From: Hemiscyllium ocellatum | Lineage: Eukaryota | Assembly (NCBI RefSeq): GCF_020745735.1 | Contig: NC_083412.1 | Coordinates: 49,045,181 to 49,109,180, forward strand | DNA length: 64,000 bases | Direction: 5' to 3' | Shown here: positions 1 to 11,829 of the stretch, piece after piece | Layout: each line of letters opens with the position of its first letter | How positions within the stretch are numbered: position 1 is the stretch's first letter | Notes under the pieces: generated by a model | The model's input: the letters and a program-made list of their open reading frames with translations, nothing else | Databases searched by the model: none | What the model was told of the DNA's origin: nothing | Translations under genes and position numbers: made by a program

Positions 1-905
1 ATTAGAGGAGTAGTGGACAGCAAAGAAGGTTAACTCAGACTACAACGGGATCTAGATCAGTTGGGCCAATGGGCTGAGGAGTGGCAGATGGAGTTGAATT
101 TAGATAAATGTGAGGTGCTGCATTTTGGAAAGGCAAATCAGGACAAGGACTTATACACTTAATGGTAAGGTCCTGGGGAGTGTTGCTGAACAAAGAGACC
201 TTGGAGTGCAGGTCCATTGTTCCTTGAAAGTAGAGTCACAGGTAGATAGGATAGTGAAGAAGGCATTTGGTATGCTTTCCTTTATTGGTCAGGGCATTGA
301 GTACAGGAGTTGGGAGGTCATGTTGCAGCTGTATAAGACATTGGTTAGGCCACTTTCAGAATATTGCGTGCAATTCTGGTCTTCTTCCTATAGGAAGGAT
401 GTTGTGAAACTTGAAAGGGTTCAGAAAAGATTTGCAAGGATGTTGCCAGGGTTGGAAGCTTTGAGCGAGAGCAAGAGGCTGAATAGGCTGGGGCTGTTTT
501 CCCTGGAGTGTCAGAGGCTGAGGGGTGACCTTATAAAGGTTCATAAAATCATGAGGGGTATGGATAGGATAAATAGACAAGGTCTTTTCCCTGGGATGGG
601 GGAGTTCAGAACTAGAGGGCATAGGTTTAAGGTGACAGGGGAATGATATAAAAGGGACCAAAGGGACAACATTTTCACACGGTGGGTGGTGCGTGTATGG
701 AATGAGCTGCCAGAGGAAGTGGTGGAGGCTGGTACAATTACAGCATTTAAAAGGCGTCTGAATGGGTAAATGAATTGGAAGGGTTGAGATGAATATGCAT
801 ACCAAATGCTGGCAAATGGGACTAGATTAGGTTAGGATACCTGGTCAGCATAGATGAATTGGACCAAAGGGTTTGTTTCCTTGCTGTACTTCTCTGTGAC
901 TCTAT
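1..905 (+). mobile_element. CR1-type LINE, 3' fragment (RT C-terminus + 3' UTR)
   Basis: ORF 110-646 contains EQRDLGVQV, LYKTLVRPLSEYCVQFW and RLRGDLIKVHKIM, typical of CR1 ORF2. It ends in a ctctgtgactctat-type tail near 900. Confidence 0.9.
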
Positions 906-1884
906 TTAATATTCCCCATATACTCTGAATAGTTCCGTTGCTACTTTCGTCCGAAGAATGAATGGAAGTTTATGTGAATATGAAGGTTCCCTCCAGTGTT
1001 AGGTTTGATATTCACATGCAAATCACTGAATATCTTGAATTATCCCTGGCTCGTACACAGTTTCATGTGCTCACTGATTTGTGTGTTCAATACCGATGTG
1101 TTCTGGTGTAACATGGATCTTATCTCTTAGCATACTGCTTTTGATATTAGAATTTGTTTGCTCTTGAAGATGAATTGACATGATATACCAAGTTTGTCCT
1201 TCTATGGCCAAAATGAATGAATCATTTCATACTTTTAATTAGTACTGTCAGGCCATGTATGACTATTGTTCTTGTATAAGTCTTACATGATCACAAGTTG
1301 ATCATCTTTGGTAGTTGCTAATTTCAACTCTTCACACTGGCTGTGGCCAGATCTGATCGATCTTGAGAATACCTTTCCCTTTGTAGTCAAGAGCATCAAC
1401 ATATAGGTAAAAGGAATATCTTGGTCTTTTGTGTGTCTTAATGTAACCACTCTGGTACTCGGCTTATTTCTCACTTCAGTCGTATCCTTAACCCTTGACA
1501 AGTAAACACTGCAAGAATGGCAATACACTATTGTGCAGTTTGTGGCACATCATCTCTAATGACTTATGATCTGTTTCAATGGGGAATTTCCGGCAAAATA
1601 AATATGTGTGAAATTGAATGATGCCTAATTCCAAGCTTAATGTCTCATCTTCAATATTGGAACACAGTTGGTTTTGCAATAACGTGTGTTTCTTCAACAT
1701 GAATTGGCTTTTAAACAGTTGACGAATTTAGACCATTATTTGTAGATTGTGTACTTTTCTTACCTGTATTGGCTATAATGCGATTCCAGCTCCCTTAGTT
1801 TAAATGGCACAGCAATTGCGCGATTTTCTTATAACACGAGATCGCATGAGAACAGAACTGTTGCATTATATCAGAACTAACCGT

Positions 1885-2230
1885 AGTTGGCTTTATTTTA
1901 ATTCCTTCATGGGATGTGAACATTGCTGGCAATGCCAGCATTTATTACCCATCCATAATTGTTAACAGTTAAGAGTCAATAATATTGCTATGGGTCTGGA
2001 GTAACATGTAGAATAGATCAGTTAAGGATGGAAGTTTCCTTCCCTAAAGGACATTAGATAATTAACAATGGTTTCATGGTTATTCTCTTAACATTCTTAA
2101 TTGCAAATTTTTATTGAATTTAAATTCCACCATCTTCCCTAGCAGTATTTGACCTGGGGTCCCCAGAACAATACCTGGGTCTCTGAATTACTCATCTGGC
2201 AATAATATCACATTCCTATGACATGTGTGC
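1885..2230 (-). mobile_element. tRNA-like SINE with LINE-derived 3' tail (non-HE1 family), degenerate
   Basis: Reverse-complement similarity to the copy at 49800-50080 (ctccagacccatagcaat, aaggaaacttccatcctt blocks). Its tail resembles the LINE 3' ends at 11680-11810 and 63920-64000. Confidence 0.6.
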
Positions 2231-3549
2231 TTGTACAGATGGCAGGATTTAGAATCAAGGCAATAGGACTTTTGTCTTGCAAATTTTTTGCAATGCATTT
2301 GATTTGAGAATCATGTATTTTCTAGTGTAATTGTATTATGATAAGCAAGAACCTATTTGATCGAAGCAAAAACATATTGGTAGTTGTATTCACACATATA
2401 AGAGTAGTCTTTCTTAAGCTAATCCCTCAGCAAAGTTAATTTTTCAGCAAGGTGCTGATTGTATAGTTATAGGAAAAGTAAAAGACTCAAGGCAACATCG
2501 CAGCTCCTTTATATCCCATGGGGTCAGTATTTGCAGATTATCCTCGATCTTACCTCGATTCCCTGGGCAAAGTAAATGGATCCAAACAGGTTTATCTGAC
2601 TGATGTATATTTGACTCTGTTAGATAACAGTCCTTTGAATTTAATTACTGTAACCAGCAACTGAAAGTTGTGTTCATGCTCTGCCTTTGGTTTACTCATG
2701 AAAATGATATTGTCAGCAATGTAAATTCAATCAGGTATATTATCAATAATCCCTTCCATCATAGAATGGATAATTCATTTGAGATAACCGATGGGACAGT
2801 GACACTGCCCTCCCCTTAAGATAAAATTAATGAGATGGCAATTAACACAATTATGTTCTGTCAAAGCTCAGACAATTGAATCACTAATTTACTCTATGAA
2901 TGCTCATTTCTACTGTGGTATTTCTGTCACATTAAAATGAGTAAGAATTTGGGCTTTTTTGCTGCTTCGAAACTGGTTCCTTCTTCACATCCTCTGGATG
3001 TCACCTATAGTTTTACAGATGGGGATCTATTTTTCATAACTTGGTACAACTTATATCTGTGAGACATTATTTGTTCACAGCACCAGCATTGAGTCTTAGT
3101 CTCCTCTTTGTGATGCATTCTCATGTTTGCCTGTTGAGACCTTAAAAGAAGGATGGATACTGTTTCTCTCCTATATTAAGGGTTTCCCTTTCCTCGCACA
3201 CTTTTGAATGGCCTTTTCCATAGTCAAATTTTCTTTGAACCTTAACAGATGTACAAAAAACTCATCCATGATTTTAACATTATTCTGCTTCATACAAAAT
3301 CTGATTTCCAAACTTTATAGTCAAAGTTTTCCACTAATCTGAAGGGGATCATTAATGGAATTATCTATAGATACCTCAGGATATTGAACTCTTCTGCTAA
3401 CTCCTTCTCTTTCAAGATCTTTGTTTATAAACAAATTAAATTAATTGCCAAAACCTTGAAGAGCTTCTGCAAAAGTGCCTGTGTCTTTTATATTTTGACA
3501 ATTCATAATTATGTTGGTTCTAATTCCTACTGAAAACAACAGTATATTT

Positions 3550-4050
3550 ACTTACTCAAAAATAGAAATTGCTAGAAAAACTCAGCAGGGCTTTTTTTTA
3601 AGATTACTTACAGAGTGGAAACAGGCCCTTTAGCCCAACAAGTCCACACCCCTTACATAACACTATGGGCAATTTAGCATGGCCAATTCACCTGACCCAC
3701 ACATCTTTGTGACTATGGGAGGAAACCAGAGCACACCCATACATACACAGGGAGAATGTGCAAACTCCACACAGTCAGTCACCTAAGGCAGGAATTGAAT
3801 CCAGGTCTTTGGTACTATGAGGCAGCAGTGCTAACCACTGTGCCATCGTGCTGTTTCTATGGAGAGAGAGCAAAATCAATATTTTGGATCCAATGACTAT
3901 TCTTCAGAACCCATTCTCCCATTCTGAAGAAAGATCACTGGATTTGAAACATTGACTCTGCTTTCTGTTCACAGATGCTGCCAGACTCACTAAGTTGTTC
4001 CTGAGTAATGTTTGTTTCTGATTTCCAGCATTCACAGTTATTTTGTTTTT
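3550..4050. mobile_element. Short fold-back PLE-derived element split by an HE1 SINE
   Basis: aatagaaattgctagaaaaactcagcagg on the left; ttctgaagaaagatcactggatttgaaacattgac...cagatgctgccagac on the right. Same family as 5825-5970 and 43543-43750. Confidence 0.65.
3598..3852 (-). mobile_element. HE1/V-SINE-type tRNA-derived SINE
   Basis: Reverse complement of the 10061-10371 and 18122-18440 copies (cagtgctaaccactgtgcc head; acagagtggaaacaggccctt tail). Confidence 0.85.
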
Positions 4051-5824
4051 TTGTTTAGTATATTTACTTAATCAACTACAGATTTAGATATTTAGTGTTG
4101 AAACAAATTCTGTGCCATAAGTATTGTTTTCTCCAAGGTATCTGGTTTTCTTTGGCATATCTCTGAAATTAAACCTCTACGATATTATTATATTCTCCGC
4201 AATGTCTTCTTGGTGTAATTACTTATGGTTCTTCCTTTCAAGATATCTTAACTTCTGTTGTATCTAAACACTGCTGCATTTCTCTCTGCTTAAATACATT
4301 TTAAATTCCATGTTATAACAATGCTGCTTTATCTTCTTTACCTTACAGGTTTTTAAAGCATTGCACTATTTTCTTCTTTGAAAGCTATAAATTATATATT
4401 ATAGCAATGTTCCATGTTATTTCCAAAAAGCTTTAAATTTTGTTTACTAACAATATTGTACCTCTGTTTGGCTTACTGGTTGAGTTCTCACACTTTTGTA
4501 ATCAAAATAGTAGTTTACTGCCACCTGCAGGTTAAGTGGAGGTTTTGCATACTTTCTGCAGCTAAGATGAAGGTTTTCCACTTTATCGTAGGCAAAATGT
4601 TTCCCAATTTTTACAACCTAAAGTACAATGCACATCCCCTTCCATGATTTTCCAAAAAAGCTTTATGGTTGCAGCCTTAAAAACACTTCCTGTCAAAATT
4701 GTGCTTTAATCTCTCATTCTTATTGAATTAAAAGATTTCAACTATGTTCTTCTGTTAGACTCAGTTCTTTCTGTCTGTTAAATTGCCCTTCTGTCACTTT
4801 AAATGAGCCCAGTGATAATCTTGATACTGAGTCTAGTGTAACTTAAATCCATGGCTCTTCTCTTTGCTACTGTAGCTCTGCCTCATGGTCACCACACCTA
4901 CTGTGAACAATCCATATTCCTTCTTTAAATTTTATCTTTCATGTCTTGGTCTTTAGCAACATGAATTTAACAATTCTCTATTTGCCTAACGAGGATTTTA
5001 AACTTCACGAAGCTCCAAAATTGGCTGTTAATAGCCTAATCTGACCCTGCTTCTCCTGTGCTCCATAATGTGTCTGAAGTGAAGGTTTTATCTTGAAGTG
5101 GTGATTCTATCTTGTTCCTTCCTGCTGACTGTTTGCTCAAGCACTTGCAGCTGTCATCTGACTGAGTATTCTTTAACTGGCAAAGTATGTAAAGCAGTAA
5201 ACTCCCTTTTAAAATGTACTTTCTCTTCGGTGCAACAGATTTTGTTCACCATTGTTATCTTGTGGCATTTGAGCAACAATCTCATCTCTGATCATTATGC
5301 AATGTGCACTGTACCACCACCAATCCTCTTTTCTATATTTAGTCCAAGGGACCGTTTGATTAACAGTGATACAGGATGAACCCCTGGTTAGTTTTAGCTA
5401 GAGCACACACAGCCTTAGCAAAAGCAATAGCACACTAGCAACAGGTACATTCAACGTTGGTTAGTTCAACAGAATAACTAAGACTAGCAAGGAGACAATA
5501 ATAACACATCTATCTCCATCAGGATCTCAAGCTAGACTTCTCTTTTCACCACCCAAAACTTTATGACATCATTAAATTTGATATATCCTTTTGTAGCTAA
5601 AGAAAAGATTTGCATCAAAAATGGTAAATGGTGTTAAAAATCCTTTTCTAATTGTTTGCTGTACAAGTATGTCAACGTCCTGTAATGCCTGTATAAAGTT
5701 AGCAAAATTATTTTCAGCCTCTATATATTTATAAAGTTTTCTTTCTTTTACCATTATTAGCAATGCCTTTGTCTACTACTCTGGATACTCTCACTATCCA
5801 TTCCATTTGCTCCACTTCCAACCC

Positions 5825-5970
5825 TGTCAATAACAAAAACACACAATTTCCCAACTTCTTTCCGTTCTGAAGAAGAATCATATCAGACTCAAAATGTTAA
5901 CTGTGTTTTCTGACTTCACAGATGCTGCTAAACCTATTCAGTTTCTCCAGCAGTTTCTATTTTTATTTAT
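5825..5970. mobile_element. Short PLE-derived element with degenerate hammerhead-like motif
   Basis: gttctgaagaagaatcatatcagactcaaaatgttaac followed by cagatgctgctaaacctattcagtttctccagc. Confidence 0.6.
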
Positions 5971-6104
5971 TGACAAGGAGGATTGATGACAATGAATTAC
6001 CTCAAACAATCATTACTCTGAAACACCTACGGACAGAGGTGGCACACATCATGAGGTGCAAGATAGCATGAGGTGCCAGTAGTATCAATCAAAGCAATAT
6101 ACTA

Positions 6105-6640
6105 CACCTTCCCTCAATGATGTTCAATGGTGATTGCACATTTATTATTATTTGCACTTCCCTCAGATGCTGAAGTAATCTATCTTTCTAAGCAGCAGGA
6201 CCTGGATACCACCCAGATTTTGGATGATTAGTGGCAAGCAACATACACGCCACACAAGTGCAAGGCAAGAACTATCTCAAAAGCAAATCTAGGAATTGCC
6301 CCTTGACATTCAATAATATTATCGCTGCTGAATACCACTCTATTGACAACCTGGGGTTTACAATTGTCTGTAAACTAAGCTAGAAACTTGAATACTGTGG
6401 TACTTTGAGCTGGTAAGGAGCTTGGAATTCTGACCTCCCAGAGGTCATCATTCACATCATCATACACATCATCCGCCATCTTTTTTTCATTCAAGGCAAA
6501 AGTCAGAAGTGTGATTGCATACTCTCTACTTTGCTGGATGAGTGCAGCTCCAATGGTACAGAAGAAGCTTGACACCAATCAAGAAGAAGCAATACACTCA
6601 AGTGGCACCACATTAGCATCTTCAACATTAACTCACCAAT
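6105..6640 (+). mobile_element. Old non-LTR LINE RT fragment (CR1/L2 superfamily)
   Basis: Similar to fragments at 8640-9045 and 52300-53075 (ccccttgacattcaat, gctggatgagtgcagctcca blocks). No intact ORF. Confidence 0.6.
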
Positions 6641-6757
6641 ACCTTCTCATGAGACAATTACGGCTATGTAATAAATGATGGCCTTGTCAGAGAATAAACA
6701 CAATTGACACCATTCTGAGTTCCATATTCACCTATAAAACATCAGAATATCTTCACG

Positions 6758-7045
6758 GGGGTAGCATGATAGCTCAGTGGTTAGCACCGCTGCCTCACAA
6801 CATGAGGGACCTGGGTTCGATTACACCCTGTATCGAGTTCACACATACTGCTTGTGTCTACATGGGTTTCCTCTAGGTGCTTTGGTTTCCTTCTACAGAC
6901 CAGGCGATGTGGATTAACTATGGGAAATGCAAGGTTACTAGGTTAGGGTAGGGGGTTGGATCTGGGTGGGTTGCCCTGCAGAGGATCAATGTGGACTTGA
7001 TGGGCTGAATGGCCTGCTTCCACACTGTAGAGATTCTTTGAATCT
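6758..7045 (+). mobile_element. HE1/V-SINE-type SINE, diverged
   Basis: gctcagtggttagcacc (A-box-like), gggttcgatt (B-box-like), ggcctgcttccacactgtag tail. Confidence 0.85.
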
Positions 7046-8753
7046 AGGAAAAAAAGAATAAAATAGCTTAATAAGTTGTGGACTCCAATTGCAACTTTGT
7101 TTAGGCTTTCCTATATTAAAATGCTAATACTTAACTGCAAATTTACCTGCAACAATAACCTGTAATACACTAATCTGTAATTAAGGAATGCCATCATTCT
7201 TTAAGTGCTGCTCCAATGGGAAGTCCAATGTTAAGTAGCAATACTGTCCTGAAACACCACTTGGTGGCACTCTAATGATCTGTGCTATTGTGAAACTAAC
7301 ACTGACTGTAGCAACTGCCATGCTACTAAGCAACACTTTATTCAAAGATTGCCAAACTGTTCTCTGATAAAGAATTTCATTTGCTGTGCTTATCTTGGCA
7401 ACTGATATTTCAAATCTGAACATTTCACAACACATTGATGACATTCAACTAATAAATTGCATTTTCCTTTCAATGCCTTCAATTAATTTTTTTAAAGGTA
7501 TCAATCTCATTCAAAAATTAATTCTTGCACCTCCTAATTTTGCCTGTTGTTGAAATTTAGTGGAATAAATTTGCAAAGATAAGCAATACAGATGACTGCC
7601 AATTATATCCTACATTGCTAGGTATAGCCATGTTTAACAATTGTTTCTCCATGCCCCAAATGGTGTAGGTGCTTCAGAGTAAGAACTGTTTGAGGTACTT
7701 CATTGTCATCAATCCTCCTTGCCAATAAATAAAAAATAAAAGGATTGATGATGTTGGACATGCTTTTGAAGCTTCACTAACCCATTTTCTTCATATAAGG
7801 TTATCAAAAAATCTTGCTGGGATTAGAAAAGAAGAGCTTATTAAGCCAAGCTGAAACATTCTTATAGATGAATGAAAGTCATGAAAAGTTTTAGCAAAGA
7901 CCTTGGTTGCTCAAGTCAGATTTCTACTTCCTTGATGCTCAAGCGCAGCTTTGCAATTTAGTTCAGAGTGGGTTTCAAATCGCATGGTAATCTGCCCCAT
8001 GCTCCAGGTTTACCATAATTTGAATGCAGCTGCTGTGTCCAGAGCCCTTTGGGAGTAGCATTAGATGGAACAAGGGGAGGAAAGAATGGTGAGAAAGAGG
8101 AGAAGAATTGGAGGCAGAATGCACCCCCTCATTCACTCTGGGTGGGCTGAGAAAGAATACACATCGAGACTCTGCTTTTAATGAAGCTGCTTCCTTTCCT
8201 ATTGGCCTGCCACTGCCACATACAATTAAGATGTCACTTCACAGAATCCCCTCGGTCATCATTCAAAATAAAGGGCAACACTCAAAATTCTTCTTTCTAA
8301 ATTCTTTATCCACAACATGAACCATTAAACAGAAATCAACTACTGACCTGATCCAAATTCTTAGTGCTTGTCTTTTTTGGTGCTTTTCCCTTCCCTAGTG
8401 CACCTACACAAAGTCAAATATAGGAAAGGAAACATTAGCGGATTACAAGCTAGGCCCCCAACCTCACTCTCACCCCTTCAACTGATGAATCAGTATTCCT
8501 CCATGTATAGCACTGTGGATATACTCTGGGTGAGGGACTTCAGTGCTCATTAGGAGAAAGTAAGTTAGCAGTACCACTACTACTGATTAAGACTGCCAAT
8601 TCTGAAGAGCACACTGCCAAACTGAGTCTGCAGCACGAGCAAGATCTGATGGCATTCTATCATAGGCTGATAGTAGCAAGTAACAATAGCACAACAAATG
8701 TTTCATCCAATAACCAACTCCAAAAAAAAACACAATCAAACCATCTCCTCTTG

Positions 8754-8932
8754 GCCATGATGTGGAGGTACTGGTGTTGGACTGGGGTGGATAAGGTCAG
8801 AAGTCACATGACACCAGGTTATTTTCCAATAGGTTTATTTGAAATCACAAGCTGATGAAGGAGCAGCACTCTGAAAGCTTGTGATTTCAAATAAACCTTT
8901 TTGATTATAACCTGGTGCCATGTGACTTCTGA
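8754..8932. mobile_element. Fold-back PLE-derived element in an old LINE fragment, with TSD
   Basis: Imperfect 58-bp arms at 8795-8852 and 8877-8934. Direct repeat ccatctcctcttg at 8741-8753 and 8933-8945. Confidence 0.85.
8849..8883 (+). ncRNA. Minimal hammerhead-ribozyme-like motif (PLE type)
   Basis: CUGAUGA-A-GGAG cagca CUCU-GAAA-GCUU-GUG. Related copies at 18483-18515 and 58894-58928. Confidence 0.55.
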
Positions 8933-10020
8933 CCATCTCCTCTTGACATTCAACATCATTATCATTGCTTCACAATCAAAATTTTATGTGTAACAGTCAT
9001 ACTATGGTCCCAAGAACAGGTCAGAGGCTGCAAACTTTGTGATTTTAGGAGGGAGAGGATGTTTTGAAATGCTACAGGTTAATTGAAACCAGCCCCCTTG
9101 TTGTACTTGCAGGCAGTCAGCAGGGTGCACTGTGTCACATGCTAACATCATTCTCTTAATTCCCATAATGCCTCCTTCCATGGGAACAAGGACAGGTGGT
9201 TTATGATTATAAACCACATCCTCAAAAACAAATGCAAAACATTTTTTGTCATAAGTATTTAGGATTGCTATAATGAGGAAAGCAAAGGGAAACTTTAAAT
9301 AAGATATAATTACAATATTTGAAATTCTGTCCTTTCCAGAAAGTCTCAAGGGGAAATCCATAATTAATATTTGCCATACCTCTGCCCATTGAGCATTCAC
9401 TGCTGGCTGCAGTGATTTGATGTCCTCCTCACCCTTTCTTCAAGTTTGGCTTAACGTGACTTGTATTTAGCCAGCATATATTTGCCTGTTCCGGTCGCAG
9501 TATTATCTAACCTATGACATGATCCAAACTGACTTGGCAAAATCATTGCAGCATGATATAATAGTTGTGCTAATCATACAAATAAAGTCATAAAACAAAC
9601 AAAGTGCAATCCACACATCAGCAAAGTTGCTTTTAAGAGCCAGTCAATTAAACACTGGAATAGATCATTATTTGTATCATACATTGGATGAAAAACAGAA
9701 TCAAACAAGGATAATACTTGTTAATGATTACATGCCAATGGAATTTTTTTTCAATATTAAAAGCAAATATGCAATCATAAAATCTGCTATGTGAATGCAA
9801 ATGTCTTACAACTCAAATATTTAGGTTTGCCTTTGCAGCTAATGTTGCAACTCATAAATATTCTGTAAAATTGAAATTCCATCTTTGTGTGCCTCTAGCT
9901 TCATGGTGGCATGTAAAACTGGTAATCAGGTGGTTTGATGAGGCATATTTGAACATATTTGATCTAAAGAAAATAACAACACCATCCAAATATGTACTTG
10001 GGGGTGGATTGGATAGAAGA

Positions 10021-10371
10021 TGGGCGGCACGGTGGCACAATGGGCGGCACGGTGGCATTATGGGCGGCACGGTGGCACAGTGGTTAGCACTGCTGCCTCA
10101 CAGCGCCTGTAGACCCGGGTTCAATTCCCGACTCAGGCGACTGACTGTGTGGAGTTTGCACGTTCTCCCCGTGTCTGCGTGGGTTTCCTCCGGGTGCTCC
10201 GGTTTCCTCCCACAGTCACAAAGATGTGCGGGTCAGGTGAATTGGCCAAGCTAAATTGCCCGTAGTGTTAGGTAAGGGGTAAATGTAGGGGTATGGGTGG
10301 GTTGCGCTTCGGCGGGTCGGTGTGGACTTGTTGGGCCGAAGGGCCTGTTTCCACACTGTAAGTCTAATCTA
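10021..10371 (+). mobile_element. Young HE1/V-SINE-type SINE with triplicated 5' head
   Basis: Body 10061-10371 is nearly identical to 18122-18440. tgggcggcacggtggca occurs three times at a 20-bp period. Confidence 0.92.
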
Positions 10372-10539
10372 AAAGATAGTTCTTACGCACCATACGCTAT
10401 CTCTTTTTTGATCTTAAACTCATATTTAAATTGAAATTCTTACCTTTTTCCCTCATGAGGTCTCATTACTCCCATAGTATCAATCACAGATACTACCATT
10501 GCTGATCATTTGCTTGTATGACTCTTCACACTCATCCTT

Positions 10540-11480
10540 CTTCCATCTCCTCACTATGTTCCTTCAGTGTTCAGCCTAAGAAATATTCTTGCCCAAAATT
10601 CCTAAAACTGCATATTCAAAATCCAAATAGTCTAAGCTTTGATCCTCCATTCACCACAACATATCTATAGTTACCAAGCTACTCAATTATATCCTCACAT
10701 CCACTTTTGATGTCTCAACCTAATAAAAATCTCACTCTCGCTTTGACCATTTGCCCCTGGTATGAGCTTCATTTCCATTCTCTCAAGCCCATCAGACATA
10801 AATTTTAATCAGTATTGTAGAAAATTGGTTCAATGATTCAGTGTCACATTTGGCTGAGCTGGTTTAAGCACTATCAGGTCCTGCACAGACCAGCAGAAAG
10901 CAGTTACTATTCCAGGATTAAACTCCAATGCAAAGAGAACCTTCAGCCATTCTTTCTAAATACTTTTCACTGTTTCTTCCACCTCACAGCTAACATATTT
11001 GAAGAGTTTAATTGTTTCTTTTTTACTGAAATTGACACCATCTGATCAACAGTATTTATGATTTCCCTCCCACCTCTGAATTCTCCAGACCAAATCTCAT
11101 TAAATAATCTTCCCTTCCCTAGTCATGATCACACATCTTTATCTCTTACTTCCCTCATCCCTTCTCTGAGCTCATCTTGTCATGAGACCAACTTCTCTCT
11201 CAATCCTATTCTGACTAAAATATTGATCATTCAACTTCTTTTCCTGACTCCCACATTAACTGATATTGTTCATTGTTCCACCTGCTTAAGATTTATTCTC
11301 GGTCTTCTTCAAAACTGTCATCATCATCTCTTTCCTCAAAAAGCTGAAACTTGGCCTATCAGTCCCAACAAACTACCACCCATCTCCAGTTTTCTATTCC
11401 CCTTCAAATTCTTTGAACATGCCGCGGTCTCCCAAATCTGTGTCTCTTTCCTCAAACATCATGATTAAATTCTTACAATC
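10540..11480 (+). mobile_element. Degenerate L2-like LINE ORF2 fragment
   Basis: ORF 11058-11468 has remnants of the L2 RT N-terminus (ILTKIL...PTLTDIV; PPISSFLFPFKFFEHAAVSQI). Pyrimidine-rich composition. Confidence 0.55.
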
Positions 11481-11679
11481 CTGCAAGGAGGAGCAAAGTC
11501 AAAGTCCAAATGAACAAGTGTGTACTAATTAAAGAATGCTAGTATAGAATTGTTAAAAATATATCATGTTTCATTAAGTTGATGGGAATTGATAAATGGC
11601 AGAGATGATAATTGATTACTTCTTGTCTGTTTCACTGAAGAAAATGCAGCTAGGTCAAAATCCTAGAATTTCTTCCCCA

Positions 11680-11810
11680 ACCTATATAACATGGACTGCG
11701 TCAGCTCAAGAAGGCAACTCAATACCATCTTCTCAAAAAGCAACTATGGACAGGCAATAAATGCTGGCCCAGCCAGCAACACCGATAAGCCACAAGTGAA
11801 TAAAATAAAT
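11680..11810 (+). mobile_element. LINE 3' end fragment
   Basis: caagaaggcaactc...ggcaataaatgctggcccagccagc...gaataaaataaa. A reverse copy lies at 63920-64000. Confidence 0.55.
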
Positions 11811-11829
11811 CACCCAGAAGTTAAGATCC

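Larger units (their letters stand above)
930..5400 (-). mobile_element. Highly decayed Ty3/Gypsy internal region, fragmented by later insertions
   Basis: ORF 1488-1700(-) has GIIQFHTYLFCRKFPIETDHKSLEM (RNase H-like). The minus strand near 2697-2755 translates GIIDNIPD*IYIADNIIF (RT YxADD-like). Outer limits are uncertain. Confidence 0.5.

Noticed and set aside
7181-7444. 87-aa minus-strand ORF as a host exon
   Set aside because: No recognisable domain or convincing splice pair; stops upstream in frame; may be a retroelement remnant.
9002-9480. 132-aa minus ORF and adjacent exon-like stretch
   Set aside because: The ORF overlaps a LINE remnant, and the adjacent stretch (~9400-9490) has stops in all three minus frames.
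10021-10080. CRISPR-like direct repeats
   Set aside because: Only three abutting units without unique spacers, in a vertebrate SINE context, with no cas genes.
10061-10140. tRNA genes at SINE heads (also 6770, 18122, 49395, 52570)
   Set aside because: A/B-box-like heads run into SINE body and LINE-like tail; no complete cloverleaf.
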